Positions 40,386 to 50,547 of a stretch of DNA of 64,000 nucleotides are shown in pieces (position 1 is the stretch's first letter; each line of letters opens with the position of its first letter). Under the pieces are notes generated by a model that was not told the DNA's origin, searched no databases, and was given only the letters and a program-made list of their open reading frames with translations. Origin of the DNA: Marsupella aquatica. Taxonomy: Eukaryota; Plantae; Marchantiophyta. The DNA is taken from positions 1,142,515-1,206,514 of the forward strand of contig OZ316897.1 of NCBI GenBank assembly GCA_973895155.1, given 5' to 3'. Made by a program: the position numbers and the translations under genes.

Positions 40386-41010
40386 GATTCATGCACATTC
40401 AGTAGAATATTTCCACTGATATCGCCTAGTTTTGCGTTGGACTGGGATGGTCCCAGTCCAAATGGATTCATGCACATTCAGTAGAATCTTTGTCCACTGA
40501 TATCGTCTAGTTTTGTGTTGGACTGGGATGGTCCCAGTCCAAATGGATTCATGCACATTCAGTAGAATATTTCCACTGATATCGCCTAGTTTTGCGTTGG
40601 ACTGGGATGGCCCCAATCCAAATGGATTCATACACATTCAATAGATTATTTTTCCACTGATACTGTCTAGTTTTGTTATGGACTGGGATGGTCCCAGTCC
40701 AAATGGATTCATGCACATTCAGTAGAATCTTTGTCCACTGATATCGTCTAGTTTTGTGTTGGACTGGGATGGATTCATGCACATTCAGTAGAATATTTCC
40801 ACTGATATCGCCTAGTTTTGCGTTGGACTGGGATGGCCCCAATCCAAATGGATTCATACACATTCAATAGATTATTTTTCCACTGATACTGTCTAGTTTT
40901 GTTATGGACTGGGATGGTCCCAGTCCAAACTAAATCGTGCACATTCAATAGAATATTTCCACTGAGACCGTCTAGTTCTGTGTTGGACTGGGATGGTCTC
41001 AGTCCGCACC
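40386..41010. repeat. Eight ~80-bp tandem units, each carrying the palindrome TTGGACTGGGA-TGG-TCCCAGTCCAA, in cargo-gene intron 2
   Basis: Directly visible between donor 40349 and acceptor 41069, with a higher-order three-unit duplication. Confidence 0.92.
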
Positions 41011-42634
41011 TGAGTGCTATCAAACAATTGAGTTATGGAGAACTAACAGACTTTCCTTTGCAATTGTAGGATTGGTTGGCTCTTGCAAGAATGACCATGG
41101 GAAGGAAAGATTGTCGAAATGTTTACTGGTTACTATTTGCGGACGATGCTCTTTTTGAGTTATGGAGTTTGGTATGCCAATTGTGGTTGGATGGGAAACT
41201 TCCCGATGGAGCTGGGGTAGAAGGAAATGAGAAGTCTGAAAAAGCAATTACTGTTGCCATGTTTCGTTGTTTTGATGGTGAGTTGATCTCACAACGAGAC
41301 ATCACAAGAATACTGACGCGGGTGAAGTCAGGAAAGGTATTGCTAAAGAAAGATGCCTCTAATAAATCAGACATGCCATCTATAGAGGAATTGGTCAAAG
41401 ATGTGAAGATCGTGCGGAAATTGAAGTCCCTTATTGAAGACTACTATTGCACCAAGGATGCGGTGAATTTCCCGGCAAATACTAATTGGGGGAAAGTAGT
41501 GGAGGTTCTACCTACGCTAGCAGTTGATTCAGAGTTCAGCAGGTGTCGAAGAGCCGCTGGTGAGGTCTATCTTGCCAACCTTTTAAAACCAAATCATACG
41601 CGGGAGAGCGCAATCTTGCCGACGACATTGGCATTCCGCCTAGATGATATATACTGCCAGAAATTTGGCGGAGGATCACGTTCTTGAACCCTACCATGGG
41701 CTACATTTTTTAGCGACAATCTCATGAAGACCATTGATCCAGAGTCATTGCAAGAAGCTCCTCTGACCTGCCCTCTTGCCATTGTTGATTTTAGCCGGCT
41801 TCCACAAAAACAATGGACTGAAGCAGAAATTCTTGTTCTCTTTGAATACATTGTGGAGCTTCCACAAAATCCCACGATTGTTGTGACAATAACAATTCAT
41901 CCTGGACAACTCGCATTGAATGTCCATGGTGCCCTTCGTAAACTGGGACAAGAGAAAGCTTTGACCATTCACATTGAGTATGGGAGTTATTCTCGAGATG
42001 ATCAACTGCACCCTCATGACTCATGTTGGGGTGGGGGGATTGAAGAAGTTCTCTTTGCGGGGATTTCTCGAGATGAAGACGTCAATTGGAATGAAGTTTT
42101 CAAGCCCAACTATCCAAAGCCAAAATTCTTGTATACTGCAAAGGATGTTGATTACGAAGTATGCAAGATCGACAAGGGAAAGGGGAAGGCGAAGGAATCA
42201 GATGAGGGGACACAAAACGATGACCTAAAAGTGGTTTTGGACCCGGAAGAGGCCGTCAAGATTATGAATATGGCCCCTCGATTTGAGACAGTTGGCAGTC
42301 GCGAAGGGTGGGTTAATCCTCATGCCAAACCCACGCGGATGATCCGAAGGATTATTGAATCCTTGTCAGAACTGGGAGATTTGGTTCTAGATTTTTTCTC
42401 CGGTGGCCAAGTCATGAAGACATCATTTTTTTGCGATAGGGAATGCTTTGTTTATTGTGACTCTCACTCCGAGAGGCATTTTGTGGAAGCTTTTGCTTTC
42501 TACCTTTGCGAGAGAGTTCCCTCACTTAAAGCCCATTGTGAATCACTTGCTGAAAATTCTCGACAATGGGCTACCACTGTTGCGGCTGTAGCTGTCGCTG
42601 TTGAATCCGATGGTTCTGAGTCTGAAGATGTTGC

Positions 42635-45600
42635 TGTGATGCCTAGATAGGAATCACTCGGCCGGTTAAGTGGGTAAAGCAGGAAGGCACCCTAGGAACA
42701 CCTTAGTATAGGGACAAAACAAGGAAAATATAAACAATTAGGGGCAACCATGGAACCCGGGCCGAGGCCGGAGGTAAGGCTGAGGGTGAAAACCCGATTA
42801 GGGTTAGGGCGCGTTAAGCGTCGGCGGCTAGGAAGGATCAACGGGAAGAAGGACCGGCAGAGGCGAGGGGTAAGGAGCGCTTGCAGGAGATGGTGGCTCA
42901 TTTGCGAGCACGAACTAGGCAGACGACTACGGGAGGCCAACTACTGTCAGCTGCTTAGGCAAGCACTCGGGGAGAGAGTAGATACCGACGATCGACCTAA
43001 GGAGGGTATGAGCAACGTCAATCAAGCGGCACATTTCTGGGGATGCCTGTTCGAACGGGCAACTGAGTACATCAAGACTTACGAGGACGAGGAGTCAGAA
43101 AGGGCAGCTCGAGAACGGCAGGAGCTCGCTCGATTGTGGGAGCTGCAGAAGACGGCTTTCTTAGGAGGCGAACTCATCAAGGACGAGTTCCTGTGGACGC
43201 CTACTTCCAATCAACTCGACGATCTTCTGTTTTGCAAAGACAGCGTCGTCGGCATCCGAGAGGCCATCAAGAACTGCAACGACATACACTGGGAATTAAA
43301 GGGTAGCACGGAAAGGTGGACCCAGGCAACGGTGCTAGGAGAAACCTCCACGGCAGCAGAGATGAAGAGGAAGGGAGCCGTCAACGATGAAGCCACCCCG
43401 GCAAAAAGAACGAGGTCGGCGGCACCAAAGAAGCCAGCCGAGCAGCAGAACAGGAGGCAGGGAGAAGCCGAAGAGGAGGAGGTCGATCCCATCAAGGCCA
43501 TTCCAACCAGGGATGACACCTGGAAGGGCTGGGCGGCAACCCTACCGGTGGAGGTGCAACTACATTTTGCACGGGAGGAGGATGCATGCTTTACGGCCAT
43601 GCAGACCAAGAAGTACCAAGGCTTCATGGCCGGATCCGGCTTGGAGGCCTTTGTAAGATTACCATGGCTGAAGCCGGAGGTACCGGAGTCAGACCTATTA
43701 GAATTCGTGGGGTCATGGGAACCAGAGACCAATTGCACGAGGATATATGGGAAGGATTTCTATCTTACTCCCAAGGTAATTGCCGAAGTGTTTGGCCTGC
43801 CGATAGGCAATAAGACCAAAGTTGATACCAAGAAGACCTTGCCTCACAAGGAGTTCCGGTCGTTCCCCGGGCCATCAACAAAGAATGGCTTCTTCCGGAA
43901 CACCTGCACCAACCCGCACATAGGAGAGATGATCGACTTCTTGCGGGTGACCATGCATTGTAACTTGCCGAGGGCAGAGATCGGCAAGGCACAGGTCTAT
44001 CTGGCAGAAAGGCCAGACCCAAGCCGGGACTACAACGGGTACCTCCTCAACCAATTGAAGAAGATCTTAAAGGAGGAGCAGCAGGTAATCGGCATGGGGA
44101 GCGTGTCGCGGCTGGGCTATCACATGCCGCTGTTGTGCTGGTATGCCAGAGGTCAGACTTTTGCCCCGGTACTTCCCCTACAGGTAAGGGCACCCGAGGA
44201 AGCTCCAACGCCGAGGCCGTTGGCTGAGAAGCCTCAACCACCTGTTAGTCCTACGATCGAGCAGGTGTTTAGGCCCAGGAAGGAGGACTTGCCGATGCAG
44301 CAACCAGGCATGCAGAGTCTGCTGAAACTACTGGAGAAAGAAAAGAAAAGAAATCGGCAACAACAACGGCAACGGCAACAATGCAGGACACTACTACAGA
44401 GGTAGGCCTACACCGGCTCACAAGAGAAAACCCCTTTGCTGGAGACAAGGAGAGAATCAGGCCGGAATCCAAGCCAGGTGTTCGAATGTACGTGGGAACC
44501 TCAAGCTCCGAATCTGAGGCAGAATTGCCTGAAGCTCCTACCGACGAAGAGGAGAGGGAGAAGCCGGACGTCCAAGAGGTAGAGGAGGCAGTGGAGGACT
44601 GCAGCCATGATAATTCCGGCTATGGGTCGGACCATCACGTTCCAGGAGTAAGGACCTGTGGCCGGTTTGTCCCCACACTTCCAAGGGTAGTGCGAGGGGA
44701 CCCCAACCAGCAGAGTAGCCCTGAGTCTCCCCCACCAGATGTTGCTCCCCCGAGCTTCGACGGCATAAAACAGACGGTGCAGGAATTTCAGGAGCGAATC
44801 AAGCAGGAGGAGGAGGCCGCCCTGGCTAAGGAAAAGGATTTACCAGGAGGAGATTGGCCGGAGGACATCAGGCGGCTAGCCGAAAAAGGAAGCAAACCTC
44901 TAGCCACGATTGAAGAGATCCGCAGGACGACTTGGGAGCAGAGGCCGCGATGGGCGATGCCGATCACTTCTACTTACTCCACCTACGCTAAGAATAGAGC
45001 CATGGAGTATGGTGAGATGTGTGGGGAACTTGCGCTCGGCATCTTTGGAGAGGAGTTGGAGGTAGGACCCTTTTTCCATAGGGAGCAGTTGGAGAAGCAC
45101 CAATTAGAAGAAGCGGTGGCTTTAGAGAGAAGCAAGAAGGACGAGGTCATTCGGCGGCTTAGGAGGATGGAAGCCGAGATTGAAGATCTAAGGGCGGCCA
45201 AGAAAGCCCAAGATGAACTGCGGATTAAACGACATGAGCTGAACATCATGCAGGGGCAGTTGGACACCGCGCAGGCTGATAATCAGAATATCAAGGATAA
45301 ACTGACTCAGACGCAGGAAGAGTTGGCCGACACGATCAAAGAGAGGGAGAAGTGGAAGCAAGAGCTGAAGAATACAGAGGAGGCCCACATAACAGCCAAC
45401 AGCCGGGCCATGGCGGAGACCCAAAGAAAGGAATGGGCGTTGAAAGGGGAGCTCGAGAAAATCCGCGGAGCCCTTGAGCAGAAGGAGGTCGAGTTAGGGA
45501 AATCCTATCAAGGGATTATGGCGCTACAGCAGGAGCTTGCGTCCCTGACGGCCAGCTTCAAGGCCGACTTAAGGGAGAAGGACGAGATGCTCGAACAGAC

Positions 45601-47293
45601 TTACGCCAAGATGAACCAGATGGAGTCTGTCATCATTGCAGAGCTCGACAAGGAGCTAAAAGCAACCCAGGAGGAGAGGGCTACCTTGAAGAAGGAATTG
45701 GAGGAAGCCCACAGGGAGCAGGAGGAGGCCAAAAATGAGCTGGAGGGGGCACGTAAGGACCTGGATGAAACCCAAGAGGAGTTGGAGGAAATCACGAGGA
45801 AGATGGAGAACCTACAGCGGCGGGCCGACAACCAAACAGAGCGGCTGAAGAAACAAGCCGCAGTATTTAAATGCTTAGCTGCAGCAGGTCCATCTCCCGT
45901 TGGGACAAACCAGTTACCAGGGGTGGTAATTGCCGAAGGACAAGCCGCGCCACCTACACCAGTGCCGGAAGTAAGTGGGAAGGGGAAGGGACCAGCTGCC
46001 GAGCCACCAACGAAGAAGAAGCGGAAACCTTCAGGGTCAAGGAGTAATACGACTTCACAGGCCGTGGTGATCAAGGAGGTAGACCCAGCACCGACCCCAG
46101 ACAGGGTCACGGCTAAGGATCCAACTACCCTAGGGGAAGGGGAGGCCGAAGCCGAGGGAGTGGCTGAAGCCAAAGCCGTGGGAGTGGCTGAGGCCAAAGC
46201 CGTGGGTATTGCCGAGGCCGGTGTCGAGGCTGAAGCCGAAGGTGGACCCAGTCAGGCCGAGGGAGAGTTGACTCGGTCAAGGGCAGGTAATCTGTCAGTA
46301 GGCGGGCCAACGGCAGTGGCTGAGGAGGAAGTGTTGGGGGCATCCATTAAGGATCCACCACCGGTGTCGTGACGGTGCAAGGGCGCCGTTCCTTTTAGGG
46401 AGGGCGGATGTGGAGGGAGGAGGCGTGAGTGGGCAGGGCGGGCGCGGATCTCCACGTTTAGGATTAGGATCAGAACCAGGAGCAGCCCTGACACTTAGCT
46501 TAGTGGGATTGCGGTTCCACTGGTAGGAGCAACACTTGTGCTCCTGCCTTGCTGTACATAGGTAGATTCGGGCAAGTAGATTACTGTCAGGTAGATTAGG
46601 CTTACGATGCAAAGAATGGCGGATCCACTACCAGGATAAGTACCTGGGCAGCGGGGAGCTCAGGGCCTCTTCTTTAGCAAGTTTTTAGTTTGCACCAGCC
46701 GGGCTGGGATCAAGTAGTACGAGAAGCTCTCGGTTAGTCATACAGTGACCCTTGTGTATATTCATGTTTCCTCATGCCTAAGAGCTGAATAGAGTTGGCC
46801 TCACGGCTTAGTTCACAGAACTTGTGTATGAGATGTACTGTTTGTATGGCAAGTGCATGGTATGACTCAGTCAGAATGAGTCATTTTGCTATTTGTGTGT
46901 CGCATTAACTTGTGTGAAGAGTGCCCACATCAACAGAAGGAAGGAAAGTAAGCAGGGGAGTGAGAGTTGGATGTGTCGAGCTGAGAGAGGTCTTAGCGGC
47001 TTAACCAAGCCTATTGGGGATCATTCCGGCGGCGGAATCCAAACATACCTAACAAGACGGAGGGGAAGACAGGGGAAGACAGGGGAAGGCCTATATTAGG
47101 CCGTCTACGTATCTCATGACCCGATGAAGGATCTGTCCAGTATATGTGTGTAAAATGTTAATAGTAGTAGTAGAAGGTTAGCAGCGTCCCATGCCGCTAA
47201 GCCGCGGAAACGGCCTCGCCAAGCACGAAACCTGCGGGAATCGGCTTGAGCTGGGGGGTTTCTTGGGTTTAGGGAGCCATGGAACGCACCACA
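42635..47293 (+). repeat. 5' LTR (4659 bp)
   Basis: TGTGATGC...GCACCACA; direct repeat of 53515-58173 at a constant offset of 10880, with about 13 substitutions seen by eye. Confidence 0.95.
42750..46372 (+). CDS. LTR-encoded accessory gene, 5' copy: ORF-A (551 aa, plant-transposon/PMD-like domain) and ORF-B (663 aa, long coiled coil); probably one 1177-aa protein via intron 44184-44272
   Basis: Intact long ORFs. GLEAFVRLPW..LLEFV..IYGKDFYLTPKVIAEVFGLP resembles plant retrotransposon accessory-ORF domains. A CAG/GTAAGG donor and a TTTAG/G acceptor join the frames in phase 0. Confidence 0.8.
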
Positions 47294-47297
47294 TTTT

Positions 47298-47315
47298 TGG
47301 CGCTAGATGGAGGGG
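47298..47315 (+). promoter_or_regulatory. Primer-binding site, tRNA-Asn type
   Basis: TGGCGCTAGATGGAGGGG, 4 nt after the LTR. From memory it is one mismatch from the complement of the plant tRNA-Asn(GUU) 3' end. Confidence 0.8.
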
Positions 47316-47362
47316 GCATTTCTTAAGCCGTGAGATATGAAGTTAGAACGGAAGCGTAGGTA

Positions 47363-50353
47363 ATGACTGACCTTACGCCGAGGGAAGAAAGAGTGATTCA
47401 ACGGGAGAGAGCTCGACTGCAGCAGCTCGCCAGGTGGCATGATACACAGCGACTGAGAGGGGCAGAAAGAGCTGGTAGCTCCGAAACTGGAAGTGGCATC
47501 GAAGAAGACATACCAGAAGAAGAGTCGGTAAGGAGAAGTGAGTCTCCAACCGACATGGGGGAACCAGAGGCACGGCCAGACGAGAGGCCAGGGACCAGAT
47601 TGAGCCAGCGGTCGCGCATACATTACAAGGCATTTCATGGGAGAGGAGATGAGGATCCGGACGAATGGTTGGATGATTTCGAGGGAACCGCTGCAGCAAA
47701 TGGAGAATCGGCCATCAAGATGCAGATTCTTCCCGGCCTGTTCAAGGGTGAGGCTAGGCCTTGGTACAGAGCATTAGATGTGGAAGATCAAGCCATCTGG
47801 GATATCTTCAAAACACTCTTTGTTAAGGAGTTTCGACCCATTGGAACTTCAGAACTAGCAGTGCTGAAGTTGGGACAACTTCGGTTCAAGGAGAACAAAT
47901 CCTTCAGGAAGTTCTTGCAACGCTTTCAGAAACTGGTAAGACGTACAAAGACCAATGCATCTGAAGGTATGCAACTTCAATGGTTGGTGAATGCTTTGCC
48001 ACAGAAGATGAGTTTTGCAATTAGGAAAGAGAACCCGGAGACTTTAGCCGAAGCAATTAAGGATATTCAATTATACATTAATGCAGATATCACAAGCCGG
48101 AAGAAACAGCTTAAGTCTGAGAGTTCCTCATCAGAGGAGGGATCACCCCATAAGAAAAAAGATAAGAAGAAGAAACATTCCAAGAAGTCTAGAAGTGATA
48201 AGTCAAGCTCGGATAGTGGGAGTAGTAAGAGTGAGTCATCTTCTAGTTCTGAAGAAGAAAAAACTAGGAAAAGGAAGGGCAGAAGGAGAGGGAAGACGAA
48301 AGTCAAGATGGAGGCTAAGCCACCAGATAACATCGTAGCCCTTACCGAGCAACTTAAGGCTATCATTGCAGAGGTAAAACCAAAGAAGAAGGTAGTACAG
48401 GAGGATAGGTCTGTATGGTGTGCCTTATGTTATAAAACCGGACACCATAAAGATGCGTGTCCTAAGCTTAATACTAATCATGTTTGGCATGTGGCCGAGA
48501 TCAGACCATGTCAGGGAGAAGTAGAGTACTTTTTAGGAGATGCCGCTGATAGTGTTTTCGGCATCAGTGAGATTGGAGCACGAGACCTATCCAACAGACC
48601 TGCATCTCTGTGGTCAGGGTTAAGGAACAATCCAGGAGAGATGTATCCTCGGATTATTCAGAACCCGTTAGTACCTCCTAGGCCGAATGTGCAAAGATTT
48701 GCGGCGTGCTATAATTGTGGTCAACCTGGCCATTTTGCTAGAGAATGCCCAAATGCACGCAAACAGGGTGATGGACAACCAGCTCAGCTATGTATGGGAT
48801 GCCGACAGGAAGGTCATATGCTAGGGCAATGTCCTACTTGGTTGGCAAGCCTGGCCGCAAATCATAAGCTTTTGCCGATCAAGATCTTACCGCCAGGTAC
48901 TACCCCCGGAGGAGTTCAAATCAACCACATCGAACTAGGATGGCAAGAGGATGCCGAGGCAGAGTTCGTACCATCTGATGATGAGGCCGAAGCCCTATCA
49001 ACCTTCTCAGAGGAGGATTTAGATCATGATTGCTACCGGGTCTCTACTCGATCTACCAGAAGGAAGGAAAGGTGGGATGGGCTGGCCAAAAATAAAGGGA
49101 AGGTTACGGAGGAAAGGATCGACTCTTCGTCAACATCAACAGAAGGAGAAGGGAGGGCTCCGGCAATACAGGTAAGCCATGAGCCCACCAGTGAAACCAA
49201 TCCTTCACAAGATAGCGACTTCAATCGAGATCATCCTAAGTTGTTCTACCCCTCTGTTACGGCTAGTGTTAAGGAACAACTAAGAGAATTAGAAACCCTG
49301 GAGAATACCGAAGCCATTGCCAAAGATGTAAAACGAGCAAAAGCATTGTTTGCTTCGGAAGACCCAACAGCTGTGGAGACTAGCGTGGCAAAACTGGCCG
49401 AATCCAAGGAAACACCACCAGAGGAGAAGCCGATTGTTCCCTATGACCTGGCTAAAGATGTACTAGAATCTAGAGTCTCGGCAACAGTAGGTCAACTATT
49501 GAAAAATAGCCCGTACTTCCGGAAGCAATTAAGGAAGGCTATTCTCGGCAAGCCGAGATTACCCAAGGTAGCAACCAGATCCGACGTACTAATGATAGAA
49601 GAAGATCAAGGAGCCCCAGCATTACCATTAATGATTCAAGGAGAATTATTACTACGGGTACCCATCGATGGAGGATCAGGGGTATGTATTATGATTGATT
49701 CAACAGCAAAAGGGTGGGGTCTAACACCGGAGATGACTGGAAGAGTGTTGAACATGGCCAATGGATATCAGGTCATTCCTACGGGAGTGTTAACCGGCAT
49801 CAAGACAGAGATAGGAGGTATCTTCTTTAGCATTAACTATGTAGTAATGAAGCCGGTAAACCCTACGTCATTCCGGCTATTGATTGGTAGGCCATGGCTG
49901 TACCTAGCCGAGGTAATAGAAGATTGGGGTAAAAAGCAGTTCACTTTCGGGACCCCCTCTATCACAGTATCCTGGGACACTAAGGATGACCGTAGGAAAA
50001 GCATAAGGGAAGTAGATGGGTACGACAGTGGACTGGAGTCAGCCGATGAAGTACGTTGGTTAGAATGCCTCACTAACCTAACCGAAGAAGGTGTCTTTGG
50101 ACCAGAGGTACCCCCCAGCGGATTATGGCAAGAACCAATGGAAGGTGACTTGGAAGAAGAAGACAAAGAGGTCGAGGACTGCTTTACAATAGAATCCACC
50201 TTTTTAGCTGCAATTCCGGAGGAAGTAAAGGATGTAGACCAATTGGATGAAACGGCTAAGTGGGGAGCAGTAGCAGGGACAGTGGATTTTCTGCAGGCGT
50301 TGTGGCAGAGCCGGCAGGGTTCACAACGCCATCGATCATCGGCAAGGAATTAA
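47363..50353 (+). CDS. gag: Gag-protease polyprotein (996 aa)
   Basis: FHGRGDEDPDEWL..GEARPWY capsid, three CX2CX4HX4C knuckles, and aspartic protease IDGGSG..LLIGRPWL. Confidence 0.92.
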   Translation: MTDLTPREERVIQRERARLQQLARWHDTQRLRGAERAGSSETGSGIEEDIPEEESVRRSESPTDMGEPEARPDERPGTRLSQRSRIHYKAFHGRGDEDPDEWLDDFEGTAAANGESAIKMQILPGLFKGEARPWYRALDVEDQAIWDIFKTLFVKEFRPIGTSELAVLKLGQLRFKENKSFRKFLQRFQKLVRRTKTNASEGMQLQWLVNALPQKMSFAIRKENPETLAEAIKDIQLYINADITSRKKQLKSESSSSEEGSPHKKKDKKKKHSKKSRSDKSSSDSGSSKSESSSSSEEEKTRKRKGRRRGKTKVKMEAKPPDNIVALTEQLKAIIAEVKPKKKVVQEDRSVWCALCYKTGHHKDACPKLNTNHVWHVAEIRPCQGEVEYFLGDAADSVFGISEIGARDLSNRPASLWSGLRNNPGEMYPRIIQNPLVPPRPNVQRFAACYNCGQPGHFARECPNARKQGDGQPAQLCMGCRQEGHMLGQCPTWLASLAANHKLLPIKILPPGTTPGGVQINHIELGWQEDAEAEFVPSDDEAEALSTFSEEDLDHDCYRVSTRSTRRKERWDGLAKNKGKVTEERIDSSSTSTEGEGRAPAIQVSHEPTSETNPSQDSDFNRDHPKLFYPSVTASVKEQLRELETLENTEAIAKDVKRAKALFASEDPTAVETSVAKLAESKETPPEEKPIVPYDLAKDVLESRVSATVGQLLKNSPYFRKQLRKAILGKPRLPKVATRSDVLMIEEDQGAPALPLMIQGELLLRVPIDGGSGVCIMIDSTAKGWGLTPEMTGRVLNMANGYQVIPTGVLTGIKTEIGGIFFSINYVVMKPVNPTSFRLLIGRPWLYLAEVIEDWGKKQFTFGTPSITVSWDTKDDRRKSIREVDGYDSGLESADEVRWLECLTNLTEEGVFGPEVPPSGLWQEPMEGDLEEEDKEVEDCFTIESTFLAAIPEEVKDVDQLDETAKWGAVAGTVDFLQALWQSRQGSQRHRSSARN

Positions 50354-50547
50354 ATATCAAGGGATCGGCATACAAGCCGATTACGAGGGCAGAACAAATT
50401 GAGGCCCTATTAGAAGCCGAGAGAGCACAGCGGCCTAACTCTCAGGAGCAAGAGGTGGATGAGATGGACAGACACGATCCAGAGCCAAGGTAGGAAGGGG
50501 AGCCGACCACTAATTCAAAACCGAATAGACCGGTAAGGGGACAATCT

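Noticed and set aside
40386-41010. CRISPR-like array (palindromic repeat plus ~55-bp spacer)
   Set aside because: The spacers are homologous to each other, there are no cas genes, and the array lies in a spliceosomal intron. It is a tandem repeat.
38229-42634. Bacterial or phage contamination explaining the ParB/MTase-like sequence
   Set aside because: The gene has GT-AG introns with branch points and is nested with plant retrotransposons through clean TSD junctions.
42798-42809. Telomeric sequence
   Set aside because: Only two TTAGGG units inside an LTR; at most a telo-box-like promoter motif.
44381-46372. Host SMC/myosin gene or retroviral env
   Set aside because: It is only a generic coiled coil, with no ATPase motifs, signal peptide or transmembrane segment, and it lies inside an LTR.
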